64,000 nt of DNA, taken from contig OZ245817.1 of NCBI GenBank assembly GCA_965228475.1, forward strand, positions 4,896,001 through 4,960,000. The letters run 5' to 3'. Below are positions 14,480 through 24,973 of the stretch, in pieces (the stretch's first letter is position 1; each line of letters starts with the position of its first letter). Source of the stretch: Myxococcota bacterium. Lineage in GTDB: Bacteria > Myxococcota_A > UBA9160 > JAFDDA01. The translations under genes and the position numbers were made by a program. The notes below the pieces were generated by a model, which was not told the origin of the DNA, did not search any database, and saw nothing but the letters and a program-made list of their open reading frames with translations.

Positions 14480-14893
14480 CTAGTAGTTGGCCGCGCGGCC
14501 GACGCCCTGGCGGGTCGCCGAGATCGGGATCCGCAGCGGGCGGCCGCCGAGGCTGCGTGCGACCTCGGGGCAGAAGCGCCAGGTCGAGATGGTCTCGAGG
14601 ATCTGCCGGCTCGGGATGCCGGCGGGGCTCGAGGATTCGATCCGCGGGCGCAGGACGTAGCCGTTCGAGTCGAGCGGAGCGCTGACCACCATGCGGAAGT
14701 TCGGGATGTCGCCGACCCAGTCGTCGATGCGCAGGGCATCGCCTTCGATCGGGTTGCGGAGCTCCGTGGGCGTCAGGGTCGGGCACTCGCTGACGTCGCG
14801 CTGCGGGAAGCCGTCGGAGACGCAGCCGAGGAGCGGGAGCAGAGCGAGCAGCGCGGGGAGCGCAAGGAAGTGGCAGAAGGGGCGGGAAGACAC
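14480..14893 (-). CDS. Lipoprotein with TonB C-terminal-like domain
   Basis: Lipobox LLGC after a hydrophobic stretch; ...IESSSP...TWRFCP resembles TonB_C. Start uncertain. Confidence 0.5.
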   Translation of the reverse strand: MSSRPFCHFLALPALLALLPLLGCVSDGFPQRDVSECPTLTPTELRNPIEGDALRIDDWVGDIPNFRMVVSAPLDSNGYVLRPRIESSSPAGIPSRQILETISTWRFCPEVARSLGGRPLRIPISATRQGVGRAANY

Positions 14894-14911
14894 AGCGAGA
14901 ACCTCCAAAAC

Positions 14912-14954
14912 CGGGCCGGGGGCAAAGCGGGCCGGGGGCAAAGCGGGCCTGGGG
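14912..14954 (+). repeat. 16-bp G-rich tandem repeat (CGGGCCGGGGGCAAAG) x2.7
   Basis: Copies at 14912, 14928 and a partial at 14944, in a divergent intergenic region. Confidence 0.85.
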
Positions 14955-15016
14955 CTACGGCGGGCCGAAACGTAGCGCAGCCCGCGTTTTCCCCGCCGCC
15001 CCGAGCTGACGGCACC

Positions 15017-15031
15017 GTACATTCGATGTAC
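15017..15031. promoter_or_regulatory. Palindromic operator GTACAT-N3-ATGTAC (probable autoregulatory site of the enhancer-binding protein)
   Basis: Perfect palindrome 8 bp before the ATG; near-identical copy at 17301-17315. Confidence 0.6.
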
Positions 15032-15039
15032 ATACAGGC

Positions 15040-16587
15040 ATGGCCCTCACCCGCGGCGCCGAGCGGCAGGCCCTCGAGGCCTTCGCCGCGCTGACCGACG
15101 GCAATCCGTTCCTCGCCGGCCGGCCCGAAGCCGAACGGGCCGTACTCGGGCGGAGCTTCGTCGCGACCAGCGCGGTCTGGCACGCCGAGGCGACCCTCCA
15201 CGGCCTGAACCCGAACCTGCCGAAGCTCGCCGAGCGCGCTGAGGCGCTGGCCGAGACGCTCCGCGAGCGCCTCGCCTCGGGCACGCGCGCCGAGGCGGCC
15301 GAGCTACGGAACTACGAGGCGCTGGTCCGCTACGTCCTCTATGCCCGCTTCGAAGCGGAGTTCCTCCGCTTGATCCACCGCTCGGCGGAAGGCAAGAAGA
15401 CGACCGGGCGCATCGGCGTCTACGCGGAGTTCGCGCGGGCCTTCGAGCACTTCCTGGTCTTCGGCGGTGAGGCGATCGAGGGCAGCGGCGGCGCGGCGGA
15501 CGTCTTCGCCTGGGGCTACCAGATCCGCCGCGCCTTCCACCACACCTACCGGCAGATCCACGGAGGCTCGATGCCCGCGGCCCGTCTGCGGGCGGCCGTC
15601 TGGCAGAGCATCTTCACGCGCGACGTCACGCGCTACCGGCGCACCCTCGCCGGGCGCATGAACGACATCCCGACCCTCGTCACGGGGGCGTCCGGCACGG
15701 GCAAGGAGCTCGTCGCCCGGGCGATCGGGCTCTCGGGTTGGATCCCCTTCGACGAGGCGAGCGAGAGCTTCGTCGCCGAGTTCGGCGACGCCTTCCATGC
15801 GGTGAACCTCTCGGCGCTCTCGCCGACCTTGATCGAGTCCGAACTCTTCGGCCACCGGCGCGGCGCCTTCACGGGTGCGATCGAGGACCGGACGGGTTGG
15901 CTCGAGACCTGCCCCGAGCACGGCACGGTCTTCCTGGACGAGATCGGCGAGCTCGACGCCGGCATCCAGGTGAAGCTCCTGCGCGTGCTCCAGGCGCGGA
16001 CTTTCCAGCGCATCGGCGAGACCCGCGAGCGCGAATTCCGCGGCAAGATCGTCGCGGCGACGAATCGCGATCTGGCCCGAGAGCTCTCCGAGGGGCGTTT
16101 CCGGCCCGATTTCTACTGGCGCCTCTGTGCGGACCGCATCCACACACCGAACCTCGCGGCCCTGCTCTCGGACTCCCGCGAAGACCTCCGCAGCCTCGTC
16201 GACGTGCTCGCGCGGCGCATCGTCGGCGAAGAGGAAGTGCCGGCCCTCGCGGACGAAGTCGAGGCTTGGATCGACCGGAACCTCGGGGCCGGGTACCCGT
16301 GGCCCGGAAACGTACGGGAGCTCGAGCAGTGTGTCCGGAGCATCCTCGTGCGCGGCGAGTACGTTCCACCCGCGCACGCCGCGCCGCCCGGAGACCTCGA
16401 CGCCGCACTGCGCGCTTGCGAGCTCTCCTCGGAAGATCTCGCGCGGCGCCACGCCACCCACGTCTACGCCCGCACTGGAAGCTACGAGGAAGCCGCGCGC
16501 CGGCTCGGGATCGACCGGCGCACGGTGAAGGCGCGCATCGACCGCGCCCTCCTCGACTCCCTCGCAGCGACTCCGCGCGCCGACTAG
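15040..16587 (+). CDS. Sigma-54 enhancer-binding protein (AAA+ and HTH, no receiver domain)
   Basis: GASGTGKE, ESELFGH, GAFTGA, FLDEIGE, WPGNVRELE, C-terminal HTH. Confidence 0.93.
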   Translation: MALTRGAERQALEAFAALTDGNPFLAGRPEAERAVLGRSFVATSAVWHAEATLHGLNPNLPKLAERAEALAETLRERLASGTRAEAAELRNYEALVRYVLYARFEAEFLRLIHRSAEGKKTTGRIGVYAEFARAFEHFLVFGGEAIEGSGGAADVFAWGYQIRRAFHHTYRQIHGGSMPAARLRAAVWQSIFTRDVTRYRRTLAGRMNDIPTLVTGASGTGKELVARAIGLSGWIPFDEASESFVAEFGDAFHAVNLSALSPTLIESELFGHRRGAFTGAIEDRTGWLETCPEHGTVFLDEIGELDAGIQVKLLRVLQARTFQRIGETREREFRGKIVAATNRDLARELSEGRFRPDFYWRLCADRIHTPNLAALLSDSREDLRSLVDVLARRIVGEEEVPALADEVEAWIDRNLGAGYPWPGNVRELEQCVRSILVRGEYVPPAHAAPPGDLDAALRACELSSEDLARRHATHVYARTGSYEEAARRLGIDRRTVKARIDRALLDSLAATPRAD

Positions 16588-17153
16588 CCGCGCGCCGTTT
16601 CGGACTGGAGATCGATGGCGTGCCAGAGGGTCGGCACGTCGCTCTTCCACTCGCGCAGCACGAGCGTGATGCCGATCTCTTCGATCGCTTCGTAGACGAG
16701 AGCCACCACGGCCAGGTGGAACGGCCAGGCCGGCCCGCCGGCGAAGAGCAGGAGCATGCCGATCCCCATCAGCACCGAAGTGCCCTTGGCCGCCCACGTG
16801 TGGTAGCTCGTCAGCCGCCCGAACTTCAGGAAGCCGGCGCCGATCGGCACCACGAACGCGGCGATTGCCACGAACAGGTAGCCGGCCTCGCGCTGCAGCA
16901 GATCCGGGAACAGCCACCAGGCGAACAGCGGGAGCGTCGCGTAGAGCAGGAGGTCGGCGCGGCTGTCGAGCTTGGCGCCGCGCTCGCTCTGGCAGCCGTA
17001 GCGCCGCGCGATGAAGCCGTCGGCGACGTCGGTCGCGAGCGTGAGGACCAGGCCGGTCAGGTAGACGCCCGTGGCGCCCGCCCAGGCCAGTCCGCCCAGC
17101 ACGGGCACGGCGAGGATGCGGAGCATCGAGAGCAGGTTGGGAATGCGTTCCAT
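16584..17153 (-). CDS. CDP-alcohol phosphatidyltransferase (PgsA-like)
   Basis: IPNLLSMLR start; DxxDGxxAR...GxxLDxxxD motif. Confidence 0.9.
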   Translation of the reverse strand: MERIPNLLSMLRILAVPVLGGLAWAGATGVYLTGLVLTLATDVADGFIARRYGCQSERGAKLDSRADLLLYATLPLFAWWLFPDLLQREAGYLFVAIAAFVVPIGAGFLKFGRLTSYHTWAAKGTSVLMGIGMLLLFAGGPAWPFHLAVVALVYEAIEEIGITLVLREWKSDVPTLWHAIDLQSETARG

Positions 17154-17187
17154 GGCAAGGGCTCCTTTCGGGTTCCACGGAGAACAT

Positions 17188-17203
17188 TGCCAGGGGCGTG
17201 CCA
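17188..17203 (-). promoter_or_regulatory. Sigma-54 promoter
   Basis: Minus strand TGGCACGCCCCTGGCA, GG-N10-GC, 35 bp upstream of the ATG. Confidence 0.7.
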
Positions 17204-17231
17204 AGAGGCCTCTTCTCGAAAACATCAGTGA

Positions 17232-17244
17232 AATCAGTTGTTTG
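17232..17244 (+). promoter_or_regulatory. IHF binding site
   Basis: AATCAGTTGTTTG matches WATCARNNNNTTR exactly; lies between enhancer and sigma-54 promoter. Confidence 0.6.
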
Positions 17245-17280
17245 AGGGGTGCGCCTCCGATCCGTGGGCAACCGAAAGAA

Positions 17281-17315
17281 TGGCAATCGATGTATGACAT
17301 GTACCTGGAATGTAC
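17281..17315. promoter_or_regulatory. Tandem upstream activator sites
   Basis: GTACCT-GGA-ATGTAC (17301-17315) and degenerate TGGCAATCGATGTAT (17281-17295), matching the 15017 palindrome. Confidence 0.55.
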
Positions 17316-17326
17316 TCAGCCGGTGT

Positions 17327-18403
17327 TCAGGCGGGGCGTTCTTCGAGCCCGAGCGTCTGCGCGACCTCGATCCCGCCGGCCTTCGCCATCGCTGCATCGA
17401 GGCGGATGCCCGTGCCGTCGGCCACGCGGTTGATGCCGTCGAAGGCGGCCACGACCGCCGCCGCGTGGGCCGCGCCTTCCGCGCCGACCGCTTCGGTGCA
17501 CGCCGCCCTCGCTCCCGCCAGATCCTCGCCGTCGACGAGGATCGCCCGGGCGAACCGGCGCAGGACGGCGCCGGCCGGCACCCCGCCGTCGGGGTCCTCC
17601 GCGGTGTCGTTCGCGACGCGCACGTCGAGCGCGCTGCCCTCGGCCAGCCCGCTCACCCGGAGCAGGTTCGCGTGCGAGACCGTTCAGTAGAAGCACTCGT
17701 TGATGGAAGAGGTGGACGCGGCGAGGAGCTCCACCTGCGGGCGCGAGAGGCTGCCCTTCGTTTCCCCGTGCGTGTGATACGCGGTCGAGAACACGCGGAA
17801 GAAGGTCTGCATCGCGTCGGGCACCGAGGTCAGGGCGCGGGCGACGTGGAAGACGAAGCCGGCGTCGGCGGCGATGCGCTGGTAGAGCATCCCGGTCATG
17901 CCTTCGGCCTGCTCCGGGTCGACCGTGGGCGCCCAGGCGCAGGAAGTCTCGAGGCCCCTCTGGCGCGCCCGGCTCGGACTCCCGGCGACGGCCGCCGGGA
18001 GCGCCCGTTCCGCGGCGCCGAGCGCCCGGTCGTGGGAGTCGATCATGGCGACCGTCGCCACGACGGCGACCAGCTCCACCGCGGCCTCGGGCTCGAGCCC
18101 GCTCGCCACGAGATCGTCGAACCAGCGCTGGGTGATCCGGCCGGGGTCCGTCGCGAGCCGGTGGACCGCATCGACCGCGGCGGCTTCGAGCACGGCGCCC
18201 GCAACGTGGCCGGCATCGACGGCGTAGGGGGAGAGCGCGGCCTTGCGTTCGGCGCAGCCCGTGCAGGCGTGGGCGGCCCGCGCCTCCTGCGCCATGGCCA
18301 GGCGCTCGGCCCCCGTCCACCAGGTGCCGGCGCGGCCGAGCTCGCGCCAGCTCTCTTCGACGGCGGCGGGAAGCGCGGCGAGCGGTTCGAGCGAACTCGA
18401 CAT
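17327..18403 (-). CDS. AhpD/CMD-like alkylhydroperoxidase-related selenoprotein (358 aa, in-frame UGA at 17684-17686 read as Sec)
   Basis: The two track ORFs are in frame; readthrough gives INECFYUTVSH (AhpD CxxC/U-xxx-H motif); SECIS-like hairpin follows the UGA. Confidence 0.8.
17641..17682 (-). promoter_or_regulatory. Bacterial SECIS-like hairpin
   Basis: CCTGCTC-CGGGT-GAGCGGG upper stem with the loop 24 nt after UGA; CGGTC/GGCCG lower stem. Confidence 0.65.
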
Positions 18404-18412
18404 GGCCCTACC

Positions 18413-21238
<2,826 letters not shown>

Positions 21239-21266
21239 GGCGGCCCGGCCCCGGGTGGCGGCGGCG

Positions 21267-22322
21267 CTAGGGGGCAAGGGGCGAGAGCCCGCGCTGACCC
21301 TCCAGCTGCGTCGGATCCGCGGCCTGCTCCGAGCCCAGCCGGGCCGCCTGGGAGAAGACGCCCTTGCGCTCGATGTAGGTTCGCCCGCGGAGCTCTTCCA
21401 TCCACTTCTCGTACTCGGTCTCGAGCCGCTCGTTGTAGATCTCGGTGTAGAGGTCCTGCTCGACGTCCGCGTAGTCCACGCGCTCGAAGCCGCGCCGCTC
21501 GACGACCTGGAAGAGGTTGCAGCCGAAGGGCATCTCGATCACTTCGGAGACGCCGCCGACGGGCAGGCCGCGCACCGCGTCCGCCATCCACGGCGCGATG
21601 TCCTCTTCGTGCACCCAGCCGACGTCGCCGCCGTTCTGGGGGTTCATGTCCGAGATTTCGCGCGCCACGGTGACGAAGTCCTCCCCGCCCTGGATGCGCA
21701 CGAGGCCGGCGCGCGTGCTCCCGCAGGCCTCCTCCATGCTGCGCGGGCCGTCCTTGCCGCCCGCGCGGACCAGGTGCCGCAGGTGCATCTCGTCGCCGCC
21801 GCTGCGCTGGCTCGCGTAGCGCCGGGCGTAGAGCTCCTTCACTTCCTTTTCTTCGATCTGGACCTTCGACCGCACCATCCCGTTCAGGATCTTCGTGCGC
21901 TGGATCTCGCCGCGGATCTTCTCGCGGTACTCCTCGAAGTCGACGTCGTGACTCTCGAGGCTCTCCTTGAGCTGATCCATCGTGATGCCGTTCTCGGTGG
22001 CGATGCTCTCGATGGCGGCGTCGATCTCGGCGTCGCTCGCCTCGAGCTCCATGTTCCGCACCACCTGCTCGACGAGCCGCCGCTCGATCAGCCGCTCGAG
22101 CATGTCCGAGCGGATCATGTCGATGTCGCGGTCCGTCGCGCCGGCGGCGCGCATCTTCTCTTCCATCGGGTCGGTGACGCGCGTGACCTCGGAGATCAGC
22201 ACGACGTCGGAGCCGACCTGCGCGGCGATCCCGTCGATCAGCTCCTCGGTCGCGGCGCCCGCGGGCGGTGCGGCGAGCGCGGCGGCGGTGAAGAGCGCGA
22301 GTGCGGAAAGCGGACGCAGCAT
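21267..22322 (-). CDS. surA: SurA-type periplasmic chaperone/parvulin PPIase
   Basis: Signal peptide, [16 protein letters not shown] SurA N-domain, [12 protein letters not shown]...GGDVGW parvulin motif. Confidence 0.85.
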   Translation of the reverse strand: MLRPLSALALFTAAALAAPPAGAATEELIDGIAAQVGSDVVLISEVTRVTDPMEEKMRAAGATDRDIDMIRSDMLERLIERRLVEQVVRNMELEASDAEIDAAIESIATENGITMDQLKESLESHDVDFEEYREKIRGEIQRTKILNGMVRSKVQIEEKEVKELYARRYASQRSGGDEMHLRHLVRAGGKDGPRSMEEACGSTRAGLVRIQGGEDFVTVAREISDMNPQNGGDVGWVHEEDIAPWMADAVRGLPVGGVSEVIEMPFGCNLFQVVERRGFERVDYADVEQDLYTEIYNERLETEYEKWMEELRGRTYIERKGVFSQAARLGSEQAADPTQLEGQRGLSPLAP

Positions 22323-22401
22323 GAGACCTCCGAGGTTCGGACACCGCACGGTGACCCTCGGGTTCGGACCGATCGCGAGGGGGCGGGGGTGCGCCGGGAT
22401 C

Positions 22402-23895
22402 TTAACTTGGCTCGGGGATCGGGTCTCGGGCCGTGTCGAGGGGGGGCTCGGCCTCGAGGCGGGCGCGCGCGCGGGCGAGGCGGGTTCGCCGCGCCTTCGG
22501 TTCCAAGGGATGGAAGGGCTCCATGCGGCGCGCGGCGCGGCCTTCGCCGCGGGGCTTCGCCGGGCCCGCTGCGCCCGGGGTCTTCTCCGCGCGGGCGAGG
22601 ACGTCGCGGCAGGTCCGCCAGAGGGTCGCCCGATCGGCCTTGCCGGGGCGAAGCTCGAGCGGCGGCTCCGGGCCCACGGCCAGGGCGTCCGGCCCCGCCG
22701 GCTCGCAGCCGGCGATGGGGAGCCCCTGCCCGATCCGCGCCACCGGCCGGCCGCTCGCGGCAAGCTCCGGGCAGCGCCGGGAGAGGTAGCGGGCACCCGC
22801 CAGGTAGTGGCCGTTGGTGACGACCCTCCGGCCCGCGGCGTCCCGGGCCCCGAAGGAGAGCTGGCGGTAGCGCTTGGGCTCGCCGCAGAAATCCATCCCG
22901 GCCAGGACGAAGCGGGCGGCGCCGAGCTCGGCGGCCAGGGCGAGCATGGTTTCCGAGACGGTCGTGACGGGCTCCGCGAGCACGGGCAGGCCCGCGCGCT
23001 GCCACGCCACCTGGTGGAGGTGGGGCGTCTCCAGGTGGAAGAGCACGGTCTTCCCGGGCCAGCGGTCGAGCAGCGCGGGCCGGACCGAGGTGTCGGCGAG
23101 CAGCACGCCGAAGTCGCCCGCGAGACCCTCGACGAAGGTCTCGAACTCGTGAGGGTCCGGCGCCACCACGAAGTCGGCGGTGACGCCCGCTTCCTCGAGC
23201 GGACGAAGCGCCTGGAGCGCGGCGAAGACGACGCCCCCCTCGCGGCGGCGAAGGGCCGCGAGGGCCTCCGCGTCGAGGGAGGGCCCCGGGGAGATGCAGA
23301 GAGCCGTCCGTCCGGCGCAGCACCCGGCGAGCTCCGCAGCCGTTCGTAGGTAGGGGATGCGCTCGAGCGCATCGATCGCGCGTTCGCTCACGACGGCGTC
23401 GCGCACGCGGAGCGGCTCGCGGGCTCCGCCGCCGAGTTCCGAGCGCGCAGCTTCGACGAGCCGCGCCGCGATGACGCGCGCCTCGAACCGGCACAGCTCG
23501 GTGTAGCCCGGGTGCAGCAGCAGCCGGCTCCCGCGCCGCCGCCCGGGGCACGCTTCGAGCCAGCGGTCGAGCGCTTCGAGATCCGAGACGACCGGCACCG
23601 GGGACGGCACGCGCTGCGCGCCGAGCTCGCCGGTGATCTCGGGGAACGGATCGAAGGCCACGGCGTCCGCGCCGACCGCCGCGAGGGCTTCGGGCACGTA
23701 GCCGAGCCCCAACCCGAGGAGCACCAGGCCGCCGCCGCCCGCAAGCTCGCCGGCCGCCCCCCGAGCGAAGCCCTCCGCCTCCCGCCGCGGCGCATAGCGG
23801 CTGTGGACGAAGCGCTCGCCGATCCGGAGCGTCGGCTCCCCGTCCCGGGAAGCCTCCGTCGCCCACTCGATCCCGGGCACCGCCGCTTGACTCAA
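22402..23895 (-). CDS. Maf/DUF115 (MptE-like) protein
   Basis: [31 protein letters not shown] motifs. Start uncertain. Confidence 0.75.
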   Translation of the reverse strand: MSQAAVPGIEWATEASRDGEPTLRIGERFVHSRYAPRREAEGFARGAAGELAGGGGLVLLGLGLGYVPEALAAVGADAVAFDPFPEITGELGAQRVPSPVPVVSDLEALDRWLEACPGRRRGSRLLLHPGYTELCRFEARVIAARLVEAARSELGGGAREPLRVRDAVVSERAIDALERIPYLRTAAELAGCCAGRTALCISPGPSLDAEALAALRRREGGVVFAALQALRPLEEAGVTADFVVAPDPHEFETFVEGLAGDFGVLLADTSVRPALLDRWPGKTVLFHLETPHLHQVAWQRAGLPVLAEPVTTVSETMLALAAELGAARFVLAGMDFCGEPKRYRQLSFGARDAAGRRVVTNGHYLAGARYLSRRCPELAASGRPVARIGQGLPIAGCEPAGPDALAVGPEPPLELRPGKADRATLWRTCRDVLARAEKTPGAAGPAKPRGEGRAARRMEPFHPLEPKARRTRLARARARLEAEPPLDTARDPIPEPS

Positions 23896-24092
23896 TCCGG
23901 GCCCCTCCCTGCCCCTCACTTCGGTGCAACTCGCCGGCAGGTTGAGCCGGAGAGGGGCGCCTGGAGCGCCCTCTCCACGGCACCGCAAGAATTGGACCTC
24001 GATCGGCGGCCAAAATGGGAAGTAGGTACTTGATGCAATGGCGCACCAGTCCACCGGACCGCAGTCTTCGCTGTTAGTTCGGCGTGAGCGGC

Positions 24093-24464
24093 CTAGTCCG
24101 TCAGGTTCTTGGAGCGGATCTCGTGAGCGTGAACTCCGGACTCAATCTCGTTGATGAGCTTGAGCACCGCCTCGGTGGCGTCGCCCGCCTGTTGACGCAT
24201 GTGGATCCCTAGGTGGCCGATCAGCTCAACGGCTCGTTGCGCGAACTCGTGGAGCGTTGAGAGGTCGGCGATCTGCCGCTCCCGCAGCTCGTCGGTCAGG
24301 GCGTAGAGATTCGACGCGGTGGAGGCCGCGCCGAGCACGTCCGTGACCCAGGCGTTCGTGCTCTTGCCGGAGCGCGCCGCCGCAACCGAGACGGCCCGGT
24401 GAACCTCGGGACTCATCCGAATGCCCATCATCACCCGTTCGGTTTTCTCGGGGGTTGTAGTCAA
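24093..24464 (-). CDS. Ribbon-helix-helix (Arc/HicB-like) DNA-binding protein
   Basis: GIRMSPEVHRAVSVAAARSGKSTNAWV RHH pattern; GGGAGG RBS and TTG start 20 nt after the tRNA CCA. Confidence 0.75.
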   Translation of the reverse strand: MTTTPEKTERVMMGIRMSPEVHRAVSVAAARSGKSTNAWVTDVLGAASTASNLYALTDELRERQIADLSTLHEFAQRAVELIGHLGIHMRQQAGDATEAVLKLINEIESGVHAHEIRSKNLTD

Positions 24465-24483
24465 AGCTCCCTCCCTGGCGATT

Positions 24484-24573
24484 TGGCGGAGAGGGTGGGA
24501 TTCGAACCCACGGGGGGTGTAGGCCCCCAGGCGATTTTGAGTCGCCCGCCTTAAGCCGCTCGGCCACCTCTCC
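24484..24573 (-). tRNA. 90-nt class II tRNA: serine-identity body with CAA (Leu) anticodon
   Basis: GGAGAGG-TG-GCC GAGCGGCTTAA GGC-G-GGCGA CTCAAAA TCGCC-T-GGGGG CCTACA CCCCC-C-GTGGG TTCGAAT CCCAC-CCTCTCC-G-CCA; all stems pair; anticodon at 24539-24537. Confidence 0.92.
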
Positions 24574-24585
24574 GCCGTGATAGCG

Positions 24586-24614
24586 GAGTTAGCAACCAGG
24601 CATCTGATACGCAA
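24586..24614 (-). promoter_or_regulatory. Putative promoter of the tRNA-RHH operon
   Basis: TTGCGT-N17-TAACTC, ending 12 nt before the tRNA 5' end. Confidence 0.45.
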
Positions 24615-24632
24615 GAAATCTCGCACCCGCCC

Positions 24633-24670
24633 AAAAAAAGCGGGGCACGGGTCCTACACCCCCGTGCCCC
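24633..24670 (-). terminator. Intrinsic terminator
   Basis: Perfect 10-bp stem GGGGCACGGG/CCCGTGCCCC, 9-nt loop, then GC and 7 T on the minus strand. Confidence 0.85.
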
Positions 24671-24770
24671 TAGTTCGCGGTGGCCGAGCGGCCTAGTCCG
24701 CGTAACAGTCTTCCTCCGCTAGAGCGGATGGTCTTGGCGGCCCCTTTAGGGGGAGGTGTCCTTCACGACA
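24633..24770 (-). ncRNA. Candidate anti-tRNA small RNA (~140 nt)
   Basis: Putative promoter upstream, several hairpins, 3' terminator; two hairpins are complementary to the adjacent tRNA. Confidence 0.65.
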
Positions 24771-24776
24771 ACTCGC

Positions 24777-24806
24777 GTGTTACACCACCGCACTCGTGGG
24801 TCGCAA
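24777..24806 (-). promoter_or_regulatory. Putative promoter of the small RNA
   Basis: TTGCGA-N18-TAACAC, same pattern as the tRNA promoter. Confidence 0.4.
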
Positions 24807-24824
24807 GTATCCAGATTCTAAGCA

Positions 24825-24866
24825 ATTTCCGTGCCTTGACAAGTCGTGTCAAAAGGCACTGGAAAT
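24825..24866. promoter_or_regulatory. Long inverted repeat in the divergent control region
   Basis: ATTTCC-GTGCC-TTGACA-AGTCG-TGTCAA-AA-GGCAC-T-GGAAAT. Confidence 0.6.
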
Positions 24867-24973
24867 CAACATCTTTCCAAGCGCGTTGGATGGCTGCGGC
24901 GGAACGAAAGTTCACTACTTGGGAACTATCTTCTTATTTGCAATAAAGTAAAAGATACTGTATCGTCTTGGGT

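Noticed and set aside
24484..24573. tRNA-Sec (selC), given the TCA in the loop and a selenoprotein nearby
   Set aside because: TCA is off-centre (positions 33-35); the acceptor stem is 7 bp and the D stem short, not the 8/5 fold with extended D stem of tRNA-Sec.
24484..24573. tRNA as attachment site of a prophage or ICE
   Set aside because: No integrase and no duplicated tRNA 3' end; the tRNA lies inside IS ends with a target duplication.
24642..24702. Degenerate second tRNA gene on the + strand
   Set aside because: Matching segments are in the wrong order (V before D), with no T loop, acceptor stem or CCA; the T tract marks a minus-strand terminator.
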